Below the pieces are notes generated by a model, which saw only the letters and a list, made by a program, of their open reading frames with translations, was not told the origin of the DNA and did no database searches. Shown here piece after piece: positions 39,633-50,706 of a DNA stretch of 64,000 bases. Each line of letters starts with the position of its first letter. Within the stretch, counting starts at the first letter, position 1. The position numbers and the translations under genes were made by a program. Source of the DNA: Octopus sinensis (Eukaryota); NCBI RefSeq assembly GCF_006345805.1, contig NC_043006.1:39370001-39434000 (forward strand), read 5' to 3'.

Positions 39633-40703
39633 ATGGAGTTCGACCTGACGTCGAAGGAGGACTTTCCCGTGATGGGAAAAGGTGAAAAAGAGGAAAATCA
39701 AGTACCCAGGCAATCTTTCTCGGCCGCGGTGGGCGGCGCCATGTTGGAGATAGAATTCAAGATTGAACAACTGTACGAATATAGGAATTTGGTAAAACTA
39801 GAAGGAGGAGAAATAAGGCTTGTGCCGCCGCAAGCGAAGGTGCAAGAAATTAAGGAAAAGATCGTAATCTATAAAGTGTACAACTTTAAAGAAAAAAAGA
39901 TCATGGAAGTAAAAAACGAAACCGTTGAGAAATGCTTGGCCCCGGTGTGGGATAAAATTCGCCATATAGTGAGAGGTGCACGAAGTGCCACGATCGAAGC
40001 ACACTTTGACACGGCAGAGGTGGCGAAGGAGGTGTCGTCGTTGACCCTTAAAAACGACGACATCATGCTGCTACCCTCGTATATGGGGAAGAGAACCGCA
40101 AAGGTAACGGTTGAAGACATACCCAGAGGATACGACACCATGTGGGTAGCAGCGGCGGTCTTACATGATGTGGAACGCGAAATGAACATACTGCAAATGA
40201 GAAGGAAGGAAGCGGTACGTTGGAGGGGTCAGACTCTGGAGCTCCTCGTACAGGCAGAGAACAAGATCTTGGAGAGCCTGCCTGACAGGATTTTTAACGA
40301 GGATGGCACGTCCATGAGAGTGTCGGTGGAAGGACGAAGACCCAGATGCTTCAAGTGTGGAGAAAAGGGTCACGTCCGTTCCAATTGCATCAGGAAAAAA
40401 AGAACAGAAGATGCGGCCCCTCCAAGTGTACCCAATGCGGAGGGAGAGGAAGCTAAGAAGAACAACAAAACGACCAAGACAAATACGGAAGCAAAAATAG
40501 ACCAAATAGAACCGATGGAATACACCCAAGTTACGCACAAAAGAAAAAAAGAAAATACCCTGGACTCCCCTCCCCAAACAAGGAAAAAAACAACTAACAC
40601 TGCAGAGACACACACATTAACAAATCCCCCAACCCTACCCCCACGGCACTGTTTTCATTGGAAAACAGTTTGCCAAGCCCCTCCCCGTAAAACAAGATCC
40701 TAA
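39633..40703 (+). CDS. LINE ORF1 (gag-like, CCHC zinc knuckle)
   Basis: 356-aa open frame with EGRRPRCFKCGEKGHVRSNC (CX2CX4HX4C), typical of Tx1/L1 ORF1; low-complexity K/T/P-rich tail. Confidence 0.85.
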   Translation: MEFDLTSKEDFPVMGKGEKEENQVPRQSFSAAVGGAMLEIEFKIEQLYEYRNLVKLEGGEIRLVPPQAKVQEIKEKIVIYKVYNFKEKKIMEVKNETVEKCLAPVWDKIRHIVRGARSATIEAHFDTAEVAKEVSSLTLKNDDIMLLPSYMGKRTAKVTVEDIPRGYDTMWVAAAVLHDVEREMNILQMRRKEAVRWRGQTLELLVQAENKILESLPDRIFNEDGTSMRVSVEGRRPRCFKCGEKGHVRSNCIRKKRTEDAAPPSVPNAEGEEAKKNNKTTKTNTEAKIDQIEPMEYTQVTHKRKKENTLDSPPQTRKKTTNTAETHTLTNPPTLPPRHCFHWKTVCQAPPRKTRS

Positions 40704-40712
40704 AAATGTTTA

Positions 40713-41057
40713 TTGAAAAATGAAAAAATAATTGCGTTTGATGAAAAAAACGAAAAAGTTTACAAATGCTGCAAACTGTCGAGGTTCATGCTGTATAGCA
40801 GAACCTCAGATGGAAAAGCAATTGCGCGCTTCGCCAAGGTAGGCGAGAACGAATGGAAGGAGGAGGTTCTTCAGGAACACCTGAAGAACCGCCTAATAAG
40901 AGATGTCACCAAAGAGGTGTTAGAAGGAAAACTAACAATAACCCCGGCAACCACACCAACCCAGAGCCCAGTGGCAACGCCGGTCAAAGGCCCTGCAGTA
41001 GCGGAAGAAAGGGAAGCAGGCAAAATCAGACCGCCGTGCTCCCTTTCACAACCGTGA
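40713..41057 (+). CDS. 114-aa ORF between ORF1 and ORF2 (probably a severed ORF1 C-terminus)
   Basis: Same frame as ORF1, 9 nt after its TAA; non-repetitive, charged sequence; TTG start. Confidence 0.4.
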   Translation: MKNEKIIAFDEKNEKVYKCCKLSRFMLYSRTSDGKAIARFAKVGENEWKEEVLQEHLKNRLIRDVTKEVLEGKLTITPATTPTQSPVATPVKGPAVAEEREAGKIRPPCSLSQP

Positions 41058-41085
41058 GTATAATTATTTTCCTCCCTCGCCCACA

Positions 41086-44000
41086 ATGGCCAAGCTGGGC
41101 TGCCTAAACATACGTGGAATGGGGTCGAAATGGAAACAAATTTGTTTCCTGAACGACCTCACGACACAAGGTATAGATGTTGCTATCGTAACCGAGTCCA
41201 AGATGAGCGAGACCCAAGCGTTCTCACCTCTTCTAAATGGTTTCGAGAAATTTATTTCTCCTAGCCGAGGAGGAGGAAGAGGCGTGGCAGTCTTCATCAG
41301 GAAGAGCTTGGACCTGCAGGTAAGTACTGTCTTTCTGGACCCAGAAGGCAGGCTGGTTGTCCTGGATGTGACTCACGCAAGTAAACAGTCCTTCAGGTTG
41401 GTAGCTGTCTACGCCCCGAACGAGGGTAGACAGACGGGTTTCTTTCGAAGCCTGGAGCCCTTTCTGGCGACGTCGAAAACAGTAATACTAGTAGGGGACT
41501 TTAACACTGTCCTTGAAGCGCACATCGACAGTGTTGGCTCAACTAATAGGAAGGGGAATCCTAGCCTCAAGGGTCTACTGGAGAGCTTTGATCTAGTGGA
41601 CCGTTACCGACTGGATGAGCCGAGCGTTCCACAGTGGACGTGGAGTAACAACGACGGCTCACACAGATCGTACCTAGATAGGATAATTATAAAAAAAGAG
41701 ATAAGGATACGTTTAGTTGTCCACAATTTCATATTGTACCTTACTCGGATCACAAGTTTGTGACGTGTGAGGTGCAATTAGACAAGTGTCATAGACAGGG
41801 TCCCGGGTACTGGAAGCTGAACAAGGCTATTTTGAATTGTGAAGACTTCCGTACCCGGATTAAGGAGTTAGTTCAGAGGGCATTGTGCGGCACCGTCATT
41901 AACAATAGATGGTGGCACGCCCTCAAAAGAGCCATTCGATTAGAGTCCGTTAGATTTAGCAATCAGATAAGGACAGATAGGGCTAGTCTAGAGGGCGATT
42001 TAGTTAAGAATCTAGACGAGGCAATGGAAGCTGGCTCTGCATCCGGAGTACTGGCGGCAAGGACGGTATTGTACCGACACCTTGACTCCAAACACGAAGG
42101 TTGCAGAGTCAGAGCTAAGCTGCGCGCCGGGAAACGAGAAGGTGTTAACGTAGCCGGATGGGCCCGTCGTGTGGAGAGTAAGAGAGGCAACAGAGCCTCA
42201 ATAAAATCTTTGACTGGCGAACAGGGACAAAAGATCTATGGACAGGAGGAGATGCAAAAGTTTCTTCACCAGCATTTCGCGCGCGTGTTCGGGGGTGGTG
42301 GCCCGCTGGACCGGGGGAGTGCCTTAAGGGACTTCCTGGCCGGCGGGCCGCGGCTCGCGGGGCGTGAGGCGGAGTGCTGTGAGGGAGCGATCACTCCCGC
42401 GGAAATAAGGGAAGTGCTGGCCGAGTGCGCCGGGGAGAAATCGCCGGGGCTGGATGGTCTGCCCTACGAGTTTTACCAAAATATGCCGGATTTGTTCGGG
42501 GGAATACTGGCAGGCGTCTACACGAACTGGCAGCAGAACGGGAGAATTCCCAGTTCTGTAAGCCGGGGAGTGGTGACGCTAATCCAGAAAGACCCGAGCA
42601 AAGGGGATATGATTAGTAACTACAGGCCCATAACTCTACTTAATGTAGAGTTAAAGATTTTGGCCAAGGTGTTAGCAAAAAGGTTGACGGTTGTCGTGGA
42701 GAAACTTGTAGGGAGAGCACAGACATGTGCAATTCCAGGCAGGTCGATCCAGGACAACCTTCACCTTATACGCTACACCTTAGATAGGGTGGGTAAAGTA
42801 ACCGGCAAAGGTGGGGTAATGGTCCACTTGGACCAAAGTAAAGCCTTCGATAGGGTAGACCATGGGTACCTGGCGGCGGTCCTCGAAGCGACCGGACTGG
42901 GTCCCGAATTCCGCGGGTGGATCTCCGCTATGTACAGCGGCATCAAGTCCACCGTCCAGATAAACGGTTACCTAACAGAACCGTTTTCGATCGAATGTTC
43001 AGTACGTCAGGGGTGCCCCTTGTCACCACTTTTGTACGTATTGGCTCTCGAGCCACTACTGCGAAGGTTGGAGAGGCTGGGGAGTAACTCAGATGGAATC
43101 GGAGGTGGGAGGTCGGTCACTGCCTATGCGGATGACATCACCCTCATCGTGTCCAAGGAGGCCCAACTACCGGTGTAGAGGAGGCTATCAGAGGATACGA
43201 GGCGGTGGCAGGAGCAAAGGTTAACAGGGACAAATCGGTCGGCTTGCGCCTCGGCACCTGGAGGAACAAGCCGATATTGTCCAGTGTTGTGGGACACTGG
43301 ACGGATGGCCCTGTTAAGTTGCTGGGAGTCTGGTTTGGACCGGACTCCCAAACGGAGAAGAACTGGAGCGAGGTGACGGGCAAGGTGGAGGCCATAATAC
43401 GGACCTGGTCCGGAAGGTCTCTGTCCTTGAAAGGAAGGGCGGAGGTGTGCAGATGTTTATTGCATCCGTAATCACCTACCGCCTGACCGTCGTCCCTTGC
43501 CCCGACTCATGGCTTAACAAGTTGGAACGAGCCCTCTTCCGCTTTTTGTGGAAAGGAGGAAAGCCACTTGTGAGACGCTCCGTGTGCTGTCAAGAACCGT
43601 TAAAGGGTGGGTTAGGGATGCCTTGGTTGATGATGCGCAGACATGCGTTAAGACTAAGACATCTCTGGCACCACCTGGAAGGTGATAAGGTGTGGAGTCC
43701 GTTGGCAGAGGGATTTTTTCCGAGACCGGCCTCCTTAGTTAATTTTAAACCCGGTTACATCAGAAGATGCAATCTGACTCCATGGCAAAAGGAGTGCCGA
43801 CAGGCACTCACGCTGATCCACAGGACGGGCAAGGCCGGCTGCGGAAATACCACCTCGGTATTTTATAGAGGGCTGGTAGAAGGTAAAAACGATGACGTCC
43901 TAGGAGGGGCTCTGGGGTTTGATGAAAACCAGCTTGCCAATCTGTTTAAGAAAACGTTCAGGTCGGGGTATTTGGATAATTTCCAAAGATCCCTGGCTTG

Positions 44001-44474
44001 GCAGTGCTACAGGAATGCTTTACCTGTTCGCGAAAAGTTATCACGGCACGGAGTTCCAGTGCCACCGACGTGTCAAAGATGCGGGCTGGACGATGAAACC
44101 GTTCAGCACACGCTTTTTTTCATTGTCGGAAGTTGAACGACTTGATAAGTTACGCAGAACACGTGTTATCGCATCTGGGACGAGTACAGCTGTCGGCTGA
44201 GTCTATGATTAAGATGATACCGCCAACTGGACTCTCGAAGGAAGGTGAGGCATGTTTTCACTGCACGGTTGCAGTGGTAAAGGAATGCATGTGGAGAACG
44301 AGAATGGAAGGAACCGCGACAGGGTCATTTGTCTCCGGGCCCGGCTTGCTCACCTACTTCAGATATCATCTGAGAAGCAAGATGGGACTGGAGAGGAGGA
44401 CCCTGCCGCGGGGAGTGTATGCGAATAGATGGAAGGAAGTGGAAAGAAAGGTGGGTACGAGAAGGCCAGCTTGA
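41086..44474 (+). pseudogene. LINE ORF2 (APE endonuclease - RT - C-terminal CCHC), split by ~4 frameshifts
   Basis: APE: LNIRG, VTES, VYAPN, GDFN, SYLDRI. RT: KSPGLDGLPYEFY, NYRPITLLN, LDQSKAFDRV, VRQGCPLSPLLY, YADD. C-terminal CQRCGLDDETVQH. Pieces 41086-41763, 41760-43178, 43205-43471, 43447-44136 and 44133-44474; ~1130 codons in total. Confidence 0.92.
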
Positions 44475-44712
44475 CCATGGAGGAGAGAGAGGAAGTGGAA
44501 GCTGCAGGGCCTCAACAATTGCCGGGGTGTGAAAGCTCCAGTAAAAGCACAAAGGTCAGCTACAAGTGTTTGTAACACTAGTTACGCAAAAACTATTACT
44601 TATAACGAATACAAACGAAACTTTTTTAATCGATTCTCTTAAATTTTCTTGTATGTATGTATGTCCTGTATTCGTCCTTTCTATGTATTAATTTTTATAA
44701 TTGTAATAAAGA

Positions 44713-46883
44713 GATGTTGATCAGTTAGCTGATCGGCTTAAGCGAAGCGGGGTCGTTGTTTATTTATGGTATATTCAGGCCTGCTGATGATTACGTAAGT
44801 ATGAAATCACTGTGATACAGGTCTATATATTTTTAAATGTCTTTCTTTGAAAAATTGCATTCGGTGGGATTAGTAATATTTTTGGTAGAAATGACTGATT
44901 GTCCCTCTTAGCGTATGGCGTGTATGTAGAATGCCTCCTGGCATGTATGTATAATGCCCTCTATATATAAATTAATATGTTCAATAAGAAATAATTATTT
45001 TCGAAATTTTTTCTCTTATGAGGTTTTTACGCTATCTACCTGACAATTTCTTGTTAAGTTTTCCTTATTAAGTAGTTGTCCTTAATTGCTAATAATTTAT
45101 TCCGAAAAAACTTTTCCTCTCCCGAAATGCAATTCGTAAAAGTTGCCATTCATCCGGATATAGTGTATATAAATTCAACCATGTGCTTCGTTGATGTTGA
45201 TCAGTTAGCTGATCGGCTTAAGCGAAGCGGGGTCGTTGTTTATTTATGGTATATTCAGGCCTGCTGATGATTACGTAAGTATGAAATCACTGTGATACAG
45301 GTCTATATATTTTTAAATGTCTTTCTTTGAAAAATTGCATTCGGTGGGATTAGTAATATTTTTGGTAGAAATGACTGATTGTCCCTCTTAGCGTATGGCG
45401 TGTATGTAGAATGCCTCCTGGCATGTATGTATAATGCCCTCTATATATAAATTAATATGTTCAATAAGAAATAATTATTTTCGAAATTTTTTCTCTTATG
45501 AGGTTTTTACGCTATCTACCTGACAATTTCTTGTTAAGTTTTCCTTATTAAGTAGTTGTCCTTAATTGCTAAATTTTTATTCCGAAAAAACTTTTCCTCT
45601 CCCGAAATGCAATTCGTAAAAGTTTGCCATTCATCCGGATATAGTGTATATAAATTCAACCATGTGCTTCGTTGATGTTGATCAGTTAGCTGATCGGCTT
45701 AAGCGAAGCGGGGTCGTTGTTTATTTATGGTATATTCAGGCCTGCTGATGATTACGTAAGTATGAAATCACTGTGATACAGGTCTATATATTTTTAAATG
45801 TCTTTCTTTGAAAAATTGCATTCGGTGGGATTAGTAATATTTTTGGTAGAAATGACTGATTGTCCCTCTTAGCGTATGGCGTGTATGTAGAATGCCTCCT
45901 GGCATGTATGTATAATGCCCTCTATATATAAATTAATATGTTCAATAAGAAATAATTATTTTCGAAATTTTTTCTCTTATGAGGTTTTTACGCTATCTAC
46001 CTGACAATTTCTTGTTAAGTTTTCTTATTAAGTAGTTGTCCTTAATTGCTAAATTTTTTATTCGAAAAAACTTTTCCTCTCCCGAAATGCAATTCGTAAA
46101 AGTTTGCCATTCATCCGGATATAGTGTATATAAATTCAACCATGTGCTTCGTTGATGTTGATCAGTTAGCTGATCGGCTTAAGCGAAGCGGGGTCGTTGT
46201 TTATTTATGGTATATTCAGGCCTGCTGATGATTACGTAAGTATGAAATCACTGTGATACAGGTCTATATATTTTTAAATGTCTTTCTTTGAAAAATTGCA
46301 TTCGGTGGGATAATTAATATTTTTGGTAGAAATGACTGATTGTCCCTCTTAGCGTATGGCGTGTATGTAGAATGCCTCCTGGCATGTATGTATAATGCCC
46401 TCTATATATAAATTAATATGTTCAATAAGAAATAATTATTTTCGAAATTTTTTCTCTTATGAGGTTTTTACGCTATCTACCTGACAATTTCTTGTTAAGT
46501 TTTCCTTATTAAGTAGTTGTCCTTAATTGCTAAATTTTTATTCCGAAAAAACTTTTCCTCTCCCGAAATGCAATTCGTAAAAGTTTGCCATTCATCCGGA
46601 TATAGTGTATATAAATTCAACCATGTGCTTCGTTGATGTTGATCAGTTAGCTGATCGGCTTAAGCGAAGCGGGGTCGTTGTTTATTTATGGTATATTCAG
46701 GCCTGCTGATGATTACGTAAGTATGAAATCACTGTGATACAGGTCTATATATTTTTAAATGTCTTTCTTTGAAAAATTGCATTCGGTGGGATTAGTAATA
46801 TTTTTGGTAGAAATGACTGATTGTCCTTCTTAGCGTATGGCGTGTATGTAGAATGCCTCCTGGCATGTATGTATAATGCCCTC

Positions 46884-46894
<11 letters not shown>
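44713..46894 (+). repeat. ~480-bp tandem array, 4.5 units, HHR-sense on the plus strand
   Basis: HHRs at 44777, 45257, 45738, 46218 and 46699; array ends in (TA)n at ~46894. Confidence 0.95.
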
Positions 46895-46917
<23 letters not shown>

Positions 46918-47654
46918 GTGTAATAAATAAAATATATGCATACATACAAACATATATGTACGTACCGACAACTACATGTATATATATATATATATATATA
47001 TAGGTAGGCATACATACACCAACATATATAGACACACATATACACTCACATATATACAATCATTTACTCTACAAATACATGTATACACATTACCTCGTTT
47101 TATACTTCAGATGTAATGGAGGTTTTTTTCGGTTAAGTTAAATGCTAACGAACAAAACAAACACTCACATTTTACATCAGTCTCAAGTTAATTAGCTTCT
47201 TGTAAATTTGTTAATCAGCTGCGGCTGTTTTATTGACAAGCTCTCTCAGTGAAAAGATTTGTTACTAACTCGGGTGATTAGGTATCGGCCTTCAAGGCAG
47301 TCTGTACAGTTTAACGTGGTACCATGAAAAGATACAGTCTTTTTATGTACAGTTTAAGCAGATAGAGGAAGTTATCAGCCAACCAGAACAAGGACCAAAT
47401 ACTTTACAATAGAGTAAACTCCACTAAATGCTCTAAAGGGTCAAGTGTCGCTAAGCTTTATGATGGATTAATGGGCTGTACGTCATAATTACCCCCGGTT
47501 TTCGTCAATCAATTTTTCTTCTTCACGCATTAATCGATCCGTGAATAATGTTGAAATCACTTGTTCTCTGTTTTATGCGGTGTGCTCACTCTCCTAGAAA
47601 TTATTGGCCTGGTGACAAACTCATCATCACCATCATCATCATCATCATCATCAT

Positions 47655-48145
47655 CATTATTGAGTGAGAGTGCAGTGCATGCCATCAAAGTGACACTGGG
47701 GTAAAATATACGAAACCCAGTATACACATCATGATTAACCATCTAAGGGTACACCAGGTACAGTTATCACAACCATATGTGCATGACATGGTGATCTCAT
47801 ATCAAGATAAACAGCGCATAACCTTGCAGGTGGTACCCAGTTAGAATCTTCTTTAGGTCGAGTAGCCCACCCCGCTCAAAAGTGGGTGGTTTAAGGATGG
47901 TGAACAAAACACCCAAGTTTCCAGAGGTGAAATATTCAGAGCCTAAAAAAAATTCTCTCAGTACATGGCTATGATGCTCCCCGCTAGTTCTACTCGTGAT
48001 CAGAGATGCACATCTGTGGAATAGAGCAGAATATTTGCTGTAACCCATCTTTTGTATCAAGACAAAACAATGTACATGATAACACTTCCCCTCAGTTAAG
48101 ATCAGAAGCCATAAGAGCCTCTACCAGGTACTACATCAGGGTATT
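47655..48145 (-). mobile_element. (AAT/GAT)n-tailed interspersed repeat (family of 31730)
   Basis: Direct similarity, with internal deletions. Confidence 0.65.
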
Positions 48146-48179
48146 ATTGTTGTTGTTGTTGTTATTATTATTATTAAAA

Positions 48180-48560
48180 TGATGAAATAGTAAAATATTT
48201 AGCACGCCGAGCAAAATGCTTCGCGACATTTAGTCCGTCTTAGCGACATTTAGTTCAAATTACGCCGTGGTCGACTTTGCCTTTCATTCAATCGGGGTCG
48301 ATTAACTAAGTACTAGTCGAATACTGGGGTCGATGTAATCGCAAAACTCCCCTCCCTCAAATTTTTCAGGCTTTGTGCCTATAATAGAATGGATTATTAT
48401 TATTATTATTGTTATCATTATTATTATTAAAGTGGTGAAGTGACAATATTTAGCACACCGGACAAAATGCTTTGTGGCATTTCTTCCGGCTCTGCGTTCT
48501 GTGTTCAAATTCCTCCAAGGTCGACATTGCCTTTCTTTTTCCGGTTGAGCAATGGGTCAA
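48180..48560 (+). mobile_element. Two degenerate SINE copies (29975 family)
   Basis: ttagcacgccgagcaaaatgc...ttcaaattacgccgtggtcgactttgcctttc, repeated at ~48450. Confidence 0.55.
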
Positions 48561-50530
48561 TGTAAACTACTAGGTCCATCTTACCAAGTTTCAGGCCCTC
48601 TGCCTGTTGTAGGCGGGTTTGTTATTCTAATTGAAGTAACCAAACAATAAAGACACCATAGCCTTTAATAGACATATTTGTTTAGCCCCAGGTAAAACCA
48701 AATTATCATTGTCACCTTAGAGACTTCATAGCAAAATTCGTTCCTGAACTCAAATTACACTCACTCAACCATCCGAATCCGAAACCAGTGATTTCATTTT
48801 TAACCAGAAAAACAAACATTTTACCAGAGAGCCATGCCCTCGCCCAGCTGATTGACATAAAGAAATCTATTACTGCGCAACCTTTTATAGCTTTCAATTG
48901 AAATCCTCTAACCTAGCTTAATATTAAGCTCAGTTGCCCTCCCACTCGCTGCACACTCATGATACTGCAAGAGAAGAACAACGTCTCTTTAGCGACGCTT
49001 CTCCTCCGGTGTGCTGGGTATGGAAATAAGTTCGATCCGCAGAGAAGCGCATAAGTAAAAACACATAGAATCGATATCTACTCATTTGATTGTTAATGTT
49101 AAATGCACTGGGTGTGTCAGACATAATAGAGCACCATATTAGAGGCCTTAGGGTATTTAACGTTTTTGTTTAAAGTTCTAAGATCAAATAATGCCCGGAT
49201 CGACTTTCCCATTCATCTCTCTAGAGTCGATAAGATAAACACCGGGCATGTACAAAAGATGACTCAGTAGATTATTCCTCACTCTAGAATAATCACTGGT
49301 CTAGTATCAATATAAGAAATCATTAATTACATCAACAGATTTTACAGAAACTTTCCGATACACACATTTATCATTGAGGTCAAACTGTATCTTAATATAT
49401 TATACTTCGTCTTGTATCATACAATTTTGCTTATTTTCTATGTTTCCTATACGAAAAATGGTTCTAATCTTTTAAATAGTAATCAGTTCGAAATTTACTA
49501 AGAAATGAGAAGATTATATTTTTAAAAGATTTAGTCATGAACAGCTTTTATTTAGCTTCTTATTTGAATTATTTTTTTTGTCTTTCAAATGTTTCTCAAA
49601 GTGAGATATTCTTGCTTGAGGACTGTTCTGCTTGTTGCTATTAGATAGTCGGAGTCAGCTTATAGCCATGCATTTAAACGATTTTAAATATCTACGAAAT
49701 TTTGTCTCTTGTGTTTTCCGACAGATTATCTCTTACATGCAAAGACTATTATGTTCCATTGTTTTAGATTAGTGCTGACACAGTCAATAAACAAATTGAA
49801 ATTTAACTGTCCAGGTTTAAACAAAAGAGAGACTAAATTGTTATTGACATGTTGTATTGGTTCGGAGTTGTAGTGACAATTGTAGCGTCACTCAAGTATA
49901 TATTTTCGATTATTTTAATCATTAAATTTTTTTTTCATGTTTCAATCATTAGAAGGCAGCCATGATTTGTCACCGCCTTGAAAAAGTTTTAGTCGAAAGA
50001 GCCGACCTCTGTACTTTTAATTTATTTTCTTTAATTCTGGTACTTTTTCTACGGTGTGAATTTTGAAATGTCTAGGTTATGGAGACATAACCACACCGGC
50101 ACCGGTTGAGAAGCGGTGATAGGGGACGAACACAGACGCAAACACACACACAATCATATATATTTACTACGACCTTTTTTCAATTTTCGTCTCTTAAATG
50201 CACTGTAAACGCTATAGTAAAAATCACTACTAGGGTACCACCCGCTGGGACTGAATCCGGAACCATGTCGTTTGGAAGCAAGCTTCTTATCACATAGACA
50301 TCGTTTACTTTTATTTATCCTTTAGGTGCTTCATTGGACTGCGGCCATGCTGGGGCACCGCCTTGAAGGGTCTAGTCAAATAAACTGCCCCCACTACTTA
50401 TTTGAAATTATCGTACTTATTCTATCAGTGACATCTTGCCGAGTCACTAAATTACAGTGACATTAATAAACCAGCACCGGTTGTCACGTGCTGGAGGATT
50501 AACACAAACACGAAGATATCCCTCACACAC

Positions 50531-50584
<54 letters not shown>

Positions 50585-50669
50585 ATACGTGTGTGGATAT
50601 GTATATACGTATATATAGGTATGTATATGCATGTATATATATATGTACATATATATGTGCGTGTATATG

Positions 50670-50706
<37 letters not shown>

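Larger units (their letters stand above)
39447..44712 (+). mobile_element. Near-full-length Tx1/L1-clade non-LTR retrotransposon with 33-bp TSD (39414-39446 / 44713-44745)
   Basis: Two-ORF layout, visibly GC-richer than the flanks. TSD gatgttgatcagttagctg(t/a)tcggcttaagcga with one mismatch. 3' end reads AATAAAga with no poly(A). Confidence 0.9.

Noticed and set aside
37311-46894. CRISPR-like or rDNA/snRNA array interpretation of the tandem repeat
   Set aside because: Units are contiguous and near-identical with no unique spacers. The context is eukaryotic and no rRNA/snRNA similarity was recognised.
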